Source: Squalus acanthias (Eukaryota). Taken from it: DNA of 64,000 nucleotides. A program made the translations under genes and the position numbers. The notes under the pieces are model-generated. The model saw only the letters and a list, made by a program, of their open reading frames with translations. It ran no database searches and had not been told where the DNA came from. The number at the start of each line of letters is the position of its first letter. The first letter of the stretch is position 1. Of this stretch, positions 11,409-22,009 are shown piece by piece. The DNA is taken from NCBI GenBank assembly GCA_030390025.1, contig JASTWF010000324.1:124001-188000 (forward strand), in the 5' to 3' direction.

Positions 11409-14400
11409 AAAGGAATTCCCCAGTACTGAGCTGCGGAAGACTTTTATTTAAAATGCATTATGTGCTTTAAAAATCAGAGGCTTCACCAGGAGGAAATCCA
11501 CCCAATCCCCAGAGAGAAACCAACAGGCAATGAGAATTTCAAACAATGTATTGACACAGACTGTGTTTAGAATGTGGAATTCCCTACCACAAACCCTCGC
11601 TGAAGCAGAGTCCAGGAATTCCTTTAAAAAGATAGTTGCTTGATTAAACAAAGAGGAATATTAAAAGAGTGCGAGGAGTGAGGAGGATGGGATTAGACTA
11701 TTTGGCTCATGTGGAGAAAAGCACTGGCACACATAGCTGAAGGGCCTGTTCTTAAAACATTATGGCCCTTTTCACCTCCATCGCTCAACCCCCCACTCTG
11801 TACATCAACTTTGACCACACTGGTCCTGGAAGCAGTGGCACGGCAATGAAATCCTTAACCCTCCTATTAATCCAACACGAATCGTTCTGAAACTCAATGT
11901 AATTAAGATAGAGACAACAAAAATAGAATTATATAAATATTTAAGAACATTTTCTAATATTTATATTCTGATCCTGCCAGAAATTAGGTTTACATTTTTA
12001 ATTTTTATTGCTTTGTAAACATATTTAAGAAAATGTTCCAATATTTATGGTTGTAAATGAGCAGCCATAATCAGCCAGCAATTAAATCATTTTACAAATA
12101 CTGAACAGAGCCCAACATATAGAATGACTGCAGTCGTGTATTGATTTACTGATGTTCTGGGAATTGTATTCTGCAATTCCCTCTTTTTCTGTGAAAACAG
12201 AAACCTGATGATCTTTGCTGTAATGTACAAGGCTGCGTTTCCCTATAATCAGGGCCACTGGTTCATACAACGACTGAAGTAGTCAAATTTCAGTCTCGTT
12301 ACATGGCCTTCTGGGATTTTGGGGCCTGTATTCTGTTTTTCAATGATAACCAGAATCTACAACCCTTCCTAATATCACACCGGAAGATGTGTCACAATCT
12401 GTATACATCATAAGCAGTCTAATCCGCGTACACTCCGTACACCTACATACCGAATGCACTTCACATAAGCAACATCAAAATGTGTGCTGTAGATCAGGAG
12501 CACGTCATTTTTGATATTGCTTATAGTCTTTGAGGGCCGTGCAGGTGTGTACCAGGAAATCTGGAGGAGAGCTGGAACGACATACACATTTAAATCCATG
12601 TTCCTCTAGATCACAAGTTACGGATACTGACAGGTCTTGGTGCTCTGATTTAACATTTATTCACCAATAATGCTGCAGCCCTTTTCCAAATCTCCAGACC
12701 CATGAAATTCAAACAGGGCAAACTGATGAGTAAAACAATACACAAACAGGGTTGTATCACGCTCTGTGAGCCGAATGAACAGGACTCAGAGGGCTGCAGT
12801 TTGAACGTCTCGACTATGGATTACACCTGGATATATTCACCAATAGACACAGTTAATGTACAGTGCGCACTTTGCACACATCGACAAACCAATATCGAAG
12901 AACATGCCTTCAGCATTGACACTGGGCTTATTTACTGCATCAGAACAAAGTATTGTAAAATTTGCACTTACACCAATAGGCTTTAATGTTCTAAATACAC
13001 TTGGATAATCTCTAACTCAGAGCCTTTCTATTTGCCTGAGAACCTGCAACATTCTGACTCGGAAGCGAGAGTGCTACCTACTGAGCCAGGGCAGACAGCT
13101 GAAACAAGGAGGTGGGGGGCTTTGATAGCCCTGGGTGTAAGTTTGGGCTTTGGTCGTACTGAGGGGATGATCCTAAAGTTTGACGGAGCTGGGGTGGGGT
13201 CCGAGCGTTTGGCAACATTGTGGTGGAGGTGCTGGGTTTTGGCAGTAGGAGGGTGTCCTGTAGCCTGACACGACTGTGGAGGGGGAACATGGTATTTGGC
13301 AGAACTGGAGGGTGGAATGTGGGATTTAGCTCACTGATGGATTCCTGGGGTCTGCCACTAGTGTGGGATGGGGGAAGGCAGCACTCGAGGGGAAGGTTAG
13401 ATCTGGCAGCAGAGATTTGTGTTTCTACAACATCTCTGGAAACACTGATATCAGTGTTCTGTGATCAGTTCCAGAAGGTGTGCCTTGTTGCATTACTGCC
13501 TTGTAGCAGTTACTGATTAGAATGTTTATGTTTTCTATTAAGAACATACAGGTGATGTTAATCAGAGCCTTTCTATTTGCCAGAGAAGCTTTTAAAATTG
13601 CATTCATTTGTATGGGAATGAAAAAAACTCAAATTAGGATGAGGAGAGACACCGTTTCTCTGTATGACCTCTCTCCCCCAGCTTAACACCTTTGAAAGTA
13701 AAAATGAATAGCTTTTATGTAAAAGGTTAATTGAAAACCTATTTAAATTCATTGTCTACTTTGTACTTAAATCAATTTCAAAAATACACATTCTAAAATT
13801 GTTATTGACAGAAACACAATTTGACTTTTCCACTGAGAAAAATAAATAAGATTATTTATAACTGAACATAGAAAAGCTGCAACAGGTGTGTAATCAGTAC
13901 ACTCTGTCACACTTGAAGGAGAACTGTGTTTTCTCGCTCAGCCTCTTAAAAATACTCAATATAAATCTTACCCGAACAAAGCTTTGGAAATCTGTCCTCC
14001 AGCTTCTATTCAAATCATTTTGAAAAACAACAAACAGAGACTTAAAAGCTGAAGGGAAATGTTCTAGCAACTGGGTGACGGAACGAGACTGCTGCAGCCT
14101 GGGAAATGTGCACACGGTCAGACTGAAGGATCCGCCTTCAGCTCATTGAGGGCAAAAATAGCAAGGCCAAGTGCAGACTTTTGTGAGAGGCCGAGTCCTT
14201 CATGTAAAACATTTGATGAAGGTTTTAAAAGACAAGTCAATGGGTAAATTTTAAATCATGTCATGAAATATCTATGATGTTTTTTATTTTGTTTCAAACC
14301 TTGTTTTTAGATATTAGAAATTTCAGTTACTGAGAAAAAAATGGGTAAAAGATGTTGTGATCCGATTGGTTCATCTTTTTTAATAGGTATCAGACCTCAA

Positions 14401-14748
14401 TGACCAATCAGGAGATATAGCTGACTGGTCATTCAGGATTGGTTGGTTTCACAAATCCTTAGTAGTTTTTCATTGGCAGTTTTTCTGCCACTTTCCTCAC
14501 TTTTGATTTGTGCATTCCGTAACTTTTTAGCTCTAATTTGCTGTTGTATTATTTTGATCCAATTGACAAAGTGAGACGAAGAAAGTGCTACAGGATTTAA
14601 GTACAACACTTACAGAAAACGCAAGGCTTTTAGTTGCTCTGCCATTGGAAAAGGGCTGCAGCATTATTGGTGAAATCAGGACCAAGTGTAGTCTTCATGT
14701 AAAGCGGTGTTAGCAGACTGGTGGGTAAGTGGACATGGGGATGCAGAC

Positions 14749-14903
14749 CAATGTTCCCTGTAATTTTTTTTGGGTGCGCGGCCCATTTAAGTGGCTGCGT
14801 GGCCCATTCAAATGTTTGCCCATGTGCGGTTATTCCAACTGAAAAGCCGGCGAGCGGCCTGCGTGGGAGCTCCAGACCGCCTGGCAGCTTAACAGGAACA
14901 TTG
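14749..14903. mobile_element. MITE (hAT-like non-autonomous element)
   Basis: TIR CAATGTTCC...GGAACATTG; 8-bp flanks ATGCAGAC / GTCCAGAC match at 6 of 8. Confidence 0.7.
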
Positions 14904-14948
14904 GTCCAGACGTAATTCAGTACCCATTTTAAGGTCACGCGTGCGGAC

Positions 14949-16584
14949 TGTAGAATTCGCAAAATTATCGCGATTTTATAAAAATAAGAAGGAGACATAA
15001 AGTTTCGTATAAACAGCTTTATTTCAGCAGAATGCTGTCAGGTTTCAAAACGGACACAAACAGCCTGTAAAATGGCCGCCACGCCTCGTGGCAGAAAGTT
15101 CTAGACTTTCAGTGGGCAGACAAGATGGCGTTCCAATAAACATTTGTGCAAGATCGAAAAGATCCAACATGATGAGATAATGACAAGATGCGATGGGTTT
15201 ACACTTTAAAACATGAATACTGAAATCGGCCTCCCAGGTGCAAACGAGGGCTATTGTACTGAGCGATCAAGGACCCATCCAAAGACATTAATATGCAAAA
15301 TCCCCACGACTCTACGATGAGAGAGCCGTTCGCGGGTACTTACAGCAAGCATTTGGAAGCCCCAAAACCCCTCCAGGGAGACTACTAGCCGGTTCCACAA
15401 TGGGAGAAATATTAACGGGTACTCAGACAGTTACAAGTGTCACCGAAACCCATTAAAGACTGAGATCACCCCATACAAGAAGTTTGAGCGCCAAAACCCT
15501 GACAAAAGATAGACATTAAGATTGGGCGGGAAAAGAGGAATTACAGCACTATAACTGTAAAGTACAACCGTCCATCTTTCTCTTGCTGCTTTGACTCGCT
15601 GGAAGGCTGCTGAACTTTTATTCTCTTGCCTGACGGCTCTGGACTCTGATCCGCTAGGATCAACCTCGTGGCTTGCCGCGAAGATCTGTGGAGAACTGGG
15701 CTGTGAGGCCTGGAAGCGGGCGCACCATCCCAAGAAGTCGGTAAACGGTGTTGGAACCGAAGGCCCGAGAGGAGATGAGATGAGATGAGATGAGATGAGA
15801 AGAGAAGACGACGACAATACGTATCGCCACGGTCAGTAAGCCCCGACCGCGCCTGTAAGTCGAATAAACACTTCTTCGAATTTTATCGGCTACTCCACAA
15901 CTGGCCTAGGAAGACCCTTCTTCGAGTTCTATCGAACCGGTGTAGGGCACAGGAAGACTCTTCTTTGAGTAGTATCAGAACTCCGAGGGCAACACAGATC
16001 TTCATGACAGCAGACAGTCCAGCCTGCTAGCCGGAGCAGAAACGAGTAAACAAGTGGGGTACAGAGACCCCTGATCAACACGTGGATAGTCAGGTGCTGC
16101 GGTAAAACCATCCGAGCAGAGTTTCGGAATTCTCCGAGTTATCACGAGTGGTGAGCATGAGTCTCGATCCTACAAATCTAGATTAGGACAGGTATTAATA
16201 GGGGAGGGTTTAAGTTTTAAGGATAATTATAATGTGTGTCCCCTTTTACGATGTGTCGTGTGCTCCTCGTTTCCCTAAAATTAGTTTCATAACTGTGTGT
16301 AAGATTGTACTGTCGTTAATCTGTGCTTATGACATGTATCTCATAATCTTGAATAATATGCAATAAAGATTTTCCATTTCGCACTATTCAACCGGGTCTA
16401 CCTGAGTCTTCTCTGCATTGTTGCTCTCGCACCTAAGTCCAGTGTCAGAACCGTAAGGGCGAGTGGGTCGAACCACTCACAGGTGTCTAGTGTTACCAGG
16501 CTGGCTGGAGACCAGAACAGGCAACAAGGCCTAACCCCGCACTAGCACCCAGGCTAAGCACAGAGCCGCAGGTCACCCCTTACA
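14949..16584 (+). mobile_element. Solo LTR (1636 bp) of an ERV or LTR retrotransposon
   Basis: Termini TGTA...TACA; perfect 4-bp TSD GGAC (14945-14948, 16585-16588); AATAAA at 16362, ~220 bp from the 3' end; CpG-richer than flanks; no long ORF. Confidence 0.75.
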
Positions 16585-16601
16585 GGACCTTGTTTTTACA
16601 C

Positions 16602-16787
16602 ACCATTATAAATTCCAATGTCTTGTATAATGGAAATTTCCTACGTAAACTTGCCATGCTGTAATTACACCCTCCTGCCAGTGGCGGCACTTCAGCACCT
16701 CTCTATTGGAGAGCAGGTGTAATTGCAGCGTGACATGTTTACATATACAGTTTACATTTTTAATGTAGACATAGCAATTTATAATGG
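16602..16787. repeat. Imperfect palindrome, probable old MITE
   Basis: CCATTATAAATT...AATTTATAATGG outer arms; GTAAACTTGCCATGCTGTAATTACACC vs GGTGTAATTGCAGCGTGACATGTTTAC inner arms. Confidence 0.65.
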
Positions 16788-17521
16788 AAAAAAGGTGACT
16801 GGAAATGCGCAGATGTAGGATTTTCAGTATATTAGAGAGATATATACATCACAGTATGATACAGCACAGAAGGAGGCCCATCGTGCCTGTGCCAGCTCCT
16901 TGGTAGAGATAATATGTATATTGAAAGTATATGATAAATTGCATGAATACATCTGTAGCACTGTAAATAATTATTTGACACTAATTATTAACTATACAAG
17001 AGATATATAGCATATATACACACGTCTAATAATATGCATTCTGCATATTATGCATATCCTTTGACAATGTATCAGATACAATGTGTTATGTATCTGTTTA
17101 ATGCAATGTGCATCATTTCACAGTATATCTAGAAGGCATTTGCTTTTATACATTAATATACTATACAATCTATATTCTCTGGCAATTCTTATGCCTAAAT
17201 GTATAAGCTATTGTACATTAAGTACGTCACCATAAACACATTTTATATAGATATTATACAGTGTATGATTGTGTTAATGCATAACATACTTGCAATATTA
17301 CTAAGTAATGTGATAACACACCTTCTACATTAGTGAGCCATATATTTCTAATGCACAATTCTTGTGTCACAAAACTGTCACACATCTGTCGCGCCTGGAC
17401 AACAGGTAGAAAAGGATTGAGCGTGGGTGGGTAAAGGCACAATTGAAGAGGGATTGGGGTATGTGGGATTGATGATGTGTGAAATTGAGGCGGTGAATGT
17501 GGGTAGGTGGGGATGATTGGA

Positions 17522-17862
17522 CAAAACTAACTAGCATTTATATAGCACCTTTAATGTAGTAAAACATCCCAAGGTGCTTCACAGGTGTATTATCAAACAA
17601 ATCTTGACACCGAGCCAGATAAGGAGATATGAGGACAGCTGACCAAAAGCGTGGTCAAAAAGGTAGGTTTTAAAGAGTGTCTTAAAGGAGGAGCGAGAGG
17701 TAGAGGGGGTTTAGGGAGGGAATTCCAGAGCTTAGGGCCCAGGCAGCTGAAGGCACGACTACCAATGGTGGGGCGATGACAATTGGCGATGTGCAAGAGG
17801 CCAGAATTGGAGGAACACAGAGATCTCGGAGGGTTGTAGGGCTGGATGAGGTTACAGAGATA
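17522..17862 (-). mobile_element. L2/CR1-group LINE 3' end
   Basis: SRAFSCLGPKLWNSLPKP motif and family 3' tail. Confidence 0.8.
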
Positions 17863-18305
17863 AAGTTATTAGACCGTGGGATGCTTTTCCACACGTAGCT
17901 ATTCCGACAGAGACTGGAACATCATTTAAAAGGGAATGGGATAAGTATTGAAAAGAAGGAATATAAAAGAAATAGGGGATTGGGTTACAGGAGAGAGCCG
18001 AATGTCCTCCACCTCTACCGTAATTTCTCTCGTTCTATGAAAACTCTCCTTTATTCAGTCCGAGCCCAGGGAGTGGCTTAGAAATGCTGGCACCGAGTTT
18101 GGGACGATGTGCCCTGTGAGCAGTGCCCCGAACACCGAGCCTGCTGCCCTTTGTGCGATCTCTCGGTTTGGTTCAGATGCTGCTCGGTTTTGACGTCTGA
18201 AGTCCAAGTACAGATCGGCTCTGACTGAGGCTCCTGGTTCAGAGTGATCACCTTCAAACGGAACCAGAGTCCAAGGAGATAGGGAGAGATGTGCAATAAC
18301 ATTTG

Positions 18306-18380
18306 CAGACATCACGTGATCAGATGTGACATAATGAGACGCCATGTGGTCAGACGTCACACGGTGAGACGTCACGTGAT
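18306..18380. repeat. 5 x 15-bp degenerate tandem repeat rich in E-box/CRE-like motifs
   Basis: CAGACATCACGTGAT, CAGATGTGACATAAT, GAGACGCCATGTGGT, CAGACGTCACACGGT, GAGACGTCACGTGAT. Confidence 0.8.
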
Positions 18381-18429
18381 AAAACCTCCAGTAATGACTC
18401 CAACCAGAGTTGACAAACCTACCTGAAGA

Positions 18430-18725
18430 CTGCCCCGTCTGCTCTCTCAGGTGGGCGTAAAGGATCGCAGGACACTATTCGAAGAGCAGGGGATGTTCCT
18501 CCCGGTATCCTGGGCCAATACTTATCCCTCAACCAACATCACTATAAAGAGATGATCTGGTCATTATCACATTGCTGTTTATGGGATCTTGCTGTGCGCA
18601 AATTGTCTGCCGCGTTTCCTACATTACAACAGTGACTAGACTTCAAAAAGTACTTCATCGGCTATAAAACACTTTGGGACTTCCTAAGGTCGTGAAAGGC
18701 GCTATAGAAATGCAAGTTCTTTGGT
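18430..18725 (+). mobile_element. DeuSINE 3' part
   Basis: Matches the 3' two thirds of 33958-34400. Confidence 0.8.
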
Positions 18726-19222
18726 TTTTTTACATTTGACTCCGTGCGCAACGCCGGGGGAATCAATAAAAGTCTGCAGATATATATTGCTGCATAAATA
18801 TAAATAGATAACATGTATGCACCACATTAGCATGCAGTGTTTATACATTTTTTGCTGCATGCATCAAAATGTGAAACAGACAACTTGCACATTAACCAGC
18901 CATGTTAAATATTTCAGTGCTGACAAAAGTGTTGACTTAATGTAGTATAATTATAATTATTATAATAATAATAGCACCTACCTTGCACATGCTGTGCAGT
19001 TTAAGCTCAGTGTGTGACAAGGGTGCCTTTACATTGCTGACTGATGGATGGGTGGCCTGGCCTGGCCCACCCCCTGCACCAACACTGACTCCCAGGCTCC
19101 ACACTGGCCGCTAGGCCCGGCTGACGGGCCAAAATGGCGGCGCGGCCGGGTGACCGGCGCCAGCCCCCGGCCCTCGCCCGCCTGCCCCAGCGGCCTCTCC
19201 CCAGCCCCCGGCCCGCACTCAC

Positions 19223-19267
19223 CATCAACTTCATCGCCTTGTCGTGTAAGATCGAGTCGGGCTCCAT
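19223..19267 (-). CDS. FBXW11: Coding exon 1 of a beta-TrCP family F-box/WD40 gene (FBXW11/BTRC-like); rest of gene presumably left of the window
   Basis: MEPDSILHDKAMKLM followed by phase-0 donor GTGAGT; recalled N-termini: FBXW11 MEPDSVIEDKTIELM, BTRC MDPAEAVLQEKALKFM; located in a CpG island. Paralog assignment uncertain. Confidence 0.8.
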
Positions 19268-19810
19268 AGTGCGGGGGGTGGTGATGTCCCGCGGCGGGGG
19301 GGAGCCCTTGCCTCCTTCTCTCTCTCTCTCCCCCCCCCACGCACAAGGCCTCGGTCTCTTGAGGTAAATAAAAATTTTCGACGACGATGAAGGACGGCCG
19401 GTCGGACAAACAGCGGCACCGCCTCCCGCAGCTAGGCCGCGGCGACCACCGCGCCTGCGCGCGCCCACCGGCCCCCGCCGCGCTGCCCGCCGGGAGTTGT
19501 AGTCCGTGCCGCCCCCGCCGGCCGCGGCCCGCCGCGCATGTGCCCGGCGCCGGGGAACTACGACTCCCAGCAGGCGCCGCGCGCGGGGGGGCTGGCAGGC
19601 GCCCGCTGTGCCCGCCGGGAGCTGTAGTTGGCGGGCGCGCCGTGTGCCCGAGCCGCGCCGCCCGCTGCCGACATTGCTCTTCCGAACGAAAATGTGAGCG
19701 GCTGTTAACGAAATTTTTTTTCCCCCTCCTGACGGAAACTCTCGAGAGGTGGTGGTGGGCTGGGGGGGTGGTTGACCTGCCACCTCCTGGAAGGCGTGGG
19801 GTGGGCGAGG

Positions 19811-20089
19811 ATGAGGAACCAGCTGTGGAGCGGCGCGCCGCCCTTCCGCAAGGTGCCCGACCGGCGGATCCGCAAAGCCCGCTTCAAGGACCGCGACCTG
19901 CGCGTGCTGATCGACTCCGTCATGGAGAGGCGGGGCGACATCTTCGGCGAGGGCGGCCAGCCGCCCACCATGCAGAGCCGCCGCCAGGCCTGGCTCTTCG
20001 TCATGGAGAAAGTCAACGCCGTCTCGGGCACCCGCCGCACCTGGGAGGAGGTGCGCAAGAAGGTTCACGACCTGAAGAAGAGCACCAAG
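19811..20089 (+). CDS. Exon 1 of Harbinger-derived Myb/SANT-like DNA-binding protein gene (MSANTD/NAIF1-like)
   Basis: MRNQLW...RKARFKDRDLRVLIDSVMERRGDIFG...AWLFVMEKVNAVSGTRRTWEEVRKKVHDLK (Myb_DNA-bind_5-like trihelix); donor AAG/GTAAGA, phase 0. Confidence 0.88.
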
Positions 20090-20189
20090 GTAAGACCGCC
20101 CGGCGGCGTCATCTGGGCTCCTCCGCCTCGCCCCCCGCACCACTCGCCCTCAAATCTCGGCCTCCCACATGGTGCCACAGTCTCTGCTT

Positions 20190-20622
20190 CTGCTCCAAGG
20201 GCCCAGTGTTGGGAGGCAGCTCTCTGGTTGGACATATTCCTGGAGCTTTCATCACATGTCCTCCAACTGCCCCGCCCAGTTAAACAGCCTCTTTTTTTAT
20301 CCTCCCCAATATTTTTACAACTAACAAAAATGAGAAATACGCACAATTTTGCATTGCATACCTTTTACAGCACAGAAACGCCATTCGGCCCAACAGGTCC
20401 GTGCCGGTGTTTATTCTCCACACCAGCCTCCTCCCACCCCTCTTCATCTCATCCTATCAGCATATCCTTCTATTCCTTTCTCCCTCATGTGTTTATCCAG
20501 CTTCCCCTTGAATGCTATTCGCCTCAACTACACCCTGTAGTTTAACACGCCTGTGATTTTTTTTCCTGAGCTGCTCGCAGCAGTGTCCTGGAGATTAATC
20601 CTTAATTCCTGGAGACTCCAGC
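20190..20622 (-). mobile_element. MITE remnant (same family as 50156-50395) interrupted by a CR1 3' end, in intron 1
   Basis: TTGGACATATTCCTGGAG... and CCTGGAGATTAATC...GGAGACTCCAG are reverse complements of parts of 50156-50395; CR1 tail at ~20355-20540. Confidence 0.6.
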
Positions 20623-20841
20623 ACAACCCTAAGCATGACTGTTACTTTTATTAAAGGCGCACACACGCACAAAGACTTTACTGACAACACAGAAATGTGA
20701 GCAAGAATGTGCCAAGTGTTCAAAGTGAATACAGCAGCATTATGCAAACGGCATGATGGACAATGTGTGTTGGAACTGCAGGAAGGCATTTGCGTGGTGC
20801 GAATTGCTCTGTTCTAATCTCTGCTGCTTTTATCTTTAAAG

Positions 20842-21004
20842 GAAAAACTCGCTTATAACAGAAGATCGCGCCAGGTATCGGGTGGCGGCCGGCCAGACAT
20901 CAAAACATTGACAGAGTTCGAGAATGACATGATCCTTTTATTCGGCAAAGATAGCTTTGAAGGCCTTGATACTGTGGATCTTGGTGTCATGTCAAGACTC
21001 AGTG
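20842..21004 (+). CDS. Exon 2 of the Myb/SANT-like gene (163 nt)
   Basis: Acceptor TTTTATCTTTAAAG; EKLAYNRRSRQVSGGGRPDIKTLTEFENDMILLFG with the family (T/S)GGG motif; donor G/GTGAGT, phase 1. Confidence 0.85.
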
Positions 21005-21170
21005 GTGAGTGTATAAATAAAATATTTTATGATTTTTGTGAAAGGTAACACAAACGTATCCGTACACACTGATTGTGCACAAGTGCATCCGACTGTTTGT
21101 AATGAAACTGCAGAGCTGAAATGGATGTGAGCCTCCGTACTCATACCTTGCCATCTGTATCTCTTCGCAG

Positions 21171-22009
21171 ACCAAGGAGAAACAAGCGGATCATCAACCA
21201 TAGCTGCCAAACAGCACCATACACCCAAGTACCAAATGTCACCCCCTCGACATGAAGCAGGCACCAGCACAGATACACCCACTGGAGGAGATGGTAGTGT
21301 TGAGGATGAGGAGGAGCTGGGTGAGTCACTGAACATTAGTGAGGAAGGGGGACCAATATTGGTAGATGACGAGAGGTCTTCTTTTGAAGGGTGGAGGCCC
21401 CACGTGCTGGGCCCTCCACTTGAGGCAGATGCAGATACAGATCTCAGTGGGCCTGCTTTCAAACGGAGGCTGTTAGAACACGAGTTCAGTGTTGAACAGT
21501 CGCTTGCCTCCATACACACAACAGTGGAAGATGGTATGGTTATGTTGGACCAACGGTTGTGTGCACTACAGTCTGCCATTGAGCATGTGGCAACACCTGT
21601 GGCGTCTGCAGTGGAGACCTCGCTTACCCAGGCCTTAGACACAGTCGGGTCGTCGCTTATGAATGCTCACACTGCTGCTATAGAAGTTTTGGGGTCAAAA
21701 CTCCAAGAAGCTGTCAAGGCAGGCTTCAACTCACTTGGAGAGCGATTGCAGGCAACCATGGCAGAGGGATTCCAAAGTCTGATAGAAGCCCAGTGCTCTA
21801 TGCTCACACAGATTATTGGTCAGCGTGAGAGGATGGCCTCCACTAGTGGAGTAGCACAGGCTCGTCCAGTTGGCAGTCATTCTAGCGGGGGTTTGGTGCC
21901 ACCAAAAAACCCCGCGCAGGTGAGTGCAGGTGCTGTCTCTGAAAGTCTTGAGTCCAGAGCGACTCAGCACCAGAGACCTCTGGCACTGATGCAGGTCCAT
22001 CAGGGTTAG
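21171..22009 (+). CDS. Exon 3 of the Myb/SANT-like gene (spliced product ~426 aa if it stops here)
   Basis: Acceptor CTCTTCGCAG; phase 1 joins in frame to ORF 21236..22009; acidic region, DADTDLSGPAFKRRL motif, then coiled-coil-like segment. Confidence 0.82.

Larger units (their letters stand above)
19050..20165. promoter_or_regulatory. CpG island / bidirectional promoter
   Basis: Very GC- and CpG-rich; three ACTACNNNTCCC motifs (19491-19505 -, 19556-19575 +, 19616-19629 -); YY1-type AAAATGGCGG at 19131; divergent ATGs at 19267 (-) and 19811 (+). Confidence 0.9.

Noticed and set aside
19007..20283. 378-aa minus and 298-aa plus ORFs over the CpG island
   Set aside because: Stop-poor GC-rich sequence; only the embedded 15-codon exon and the Myb exon have recognisable homology and splice sites
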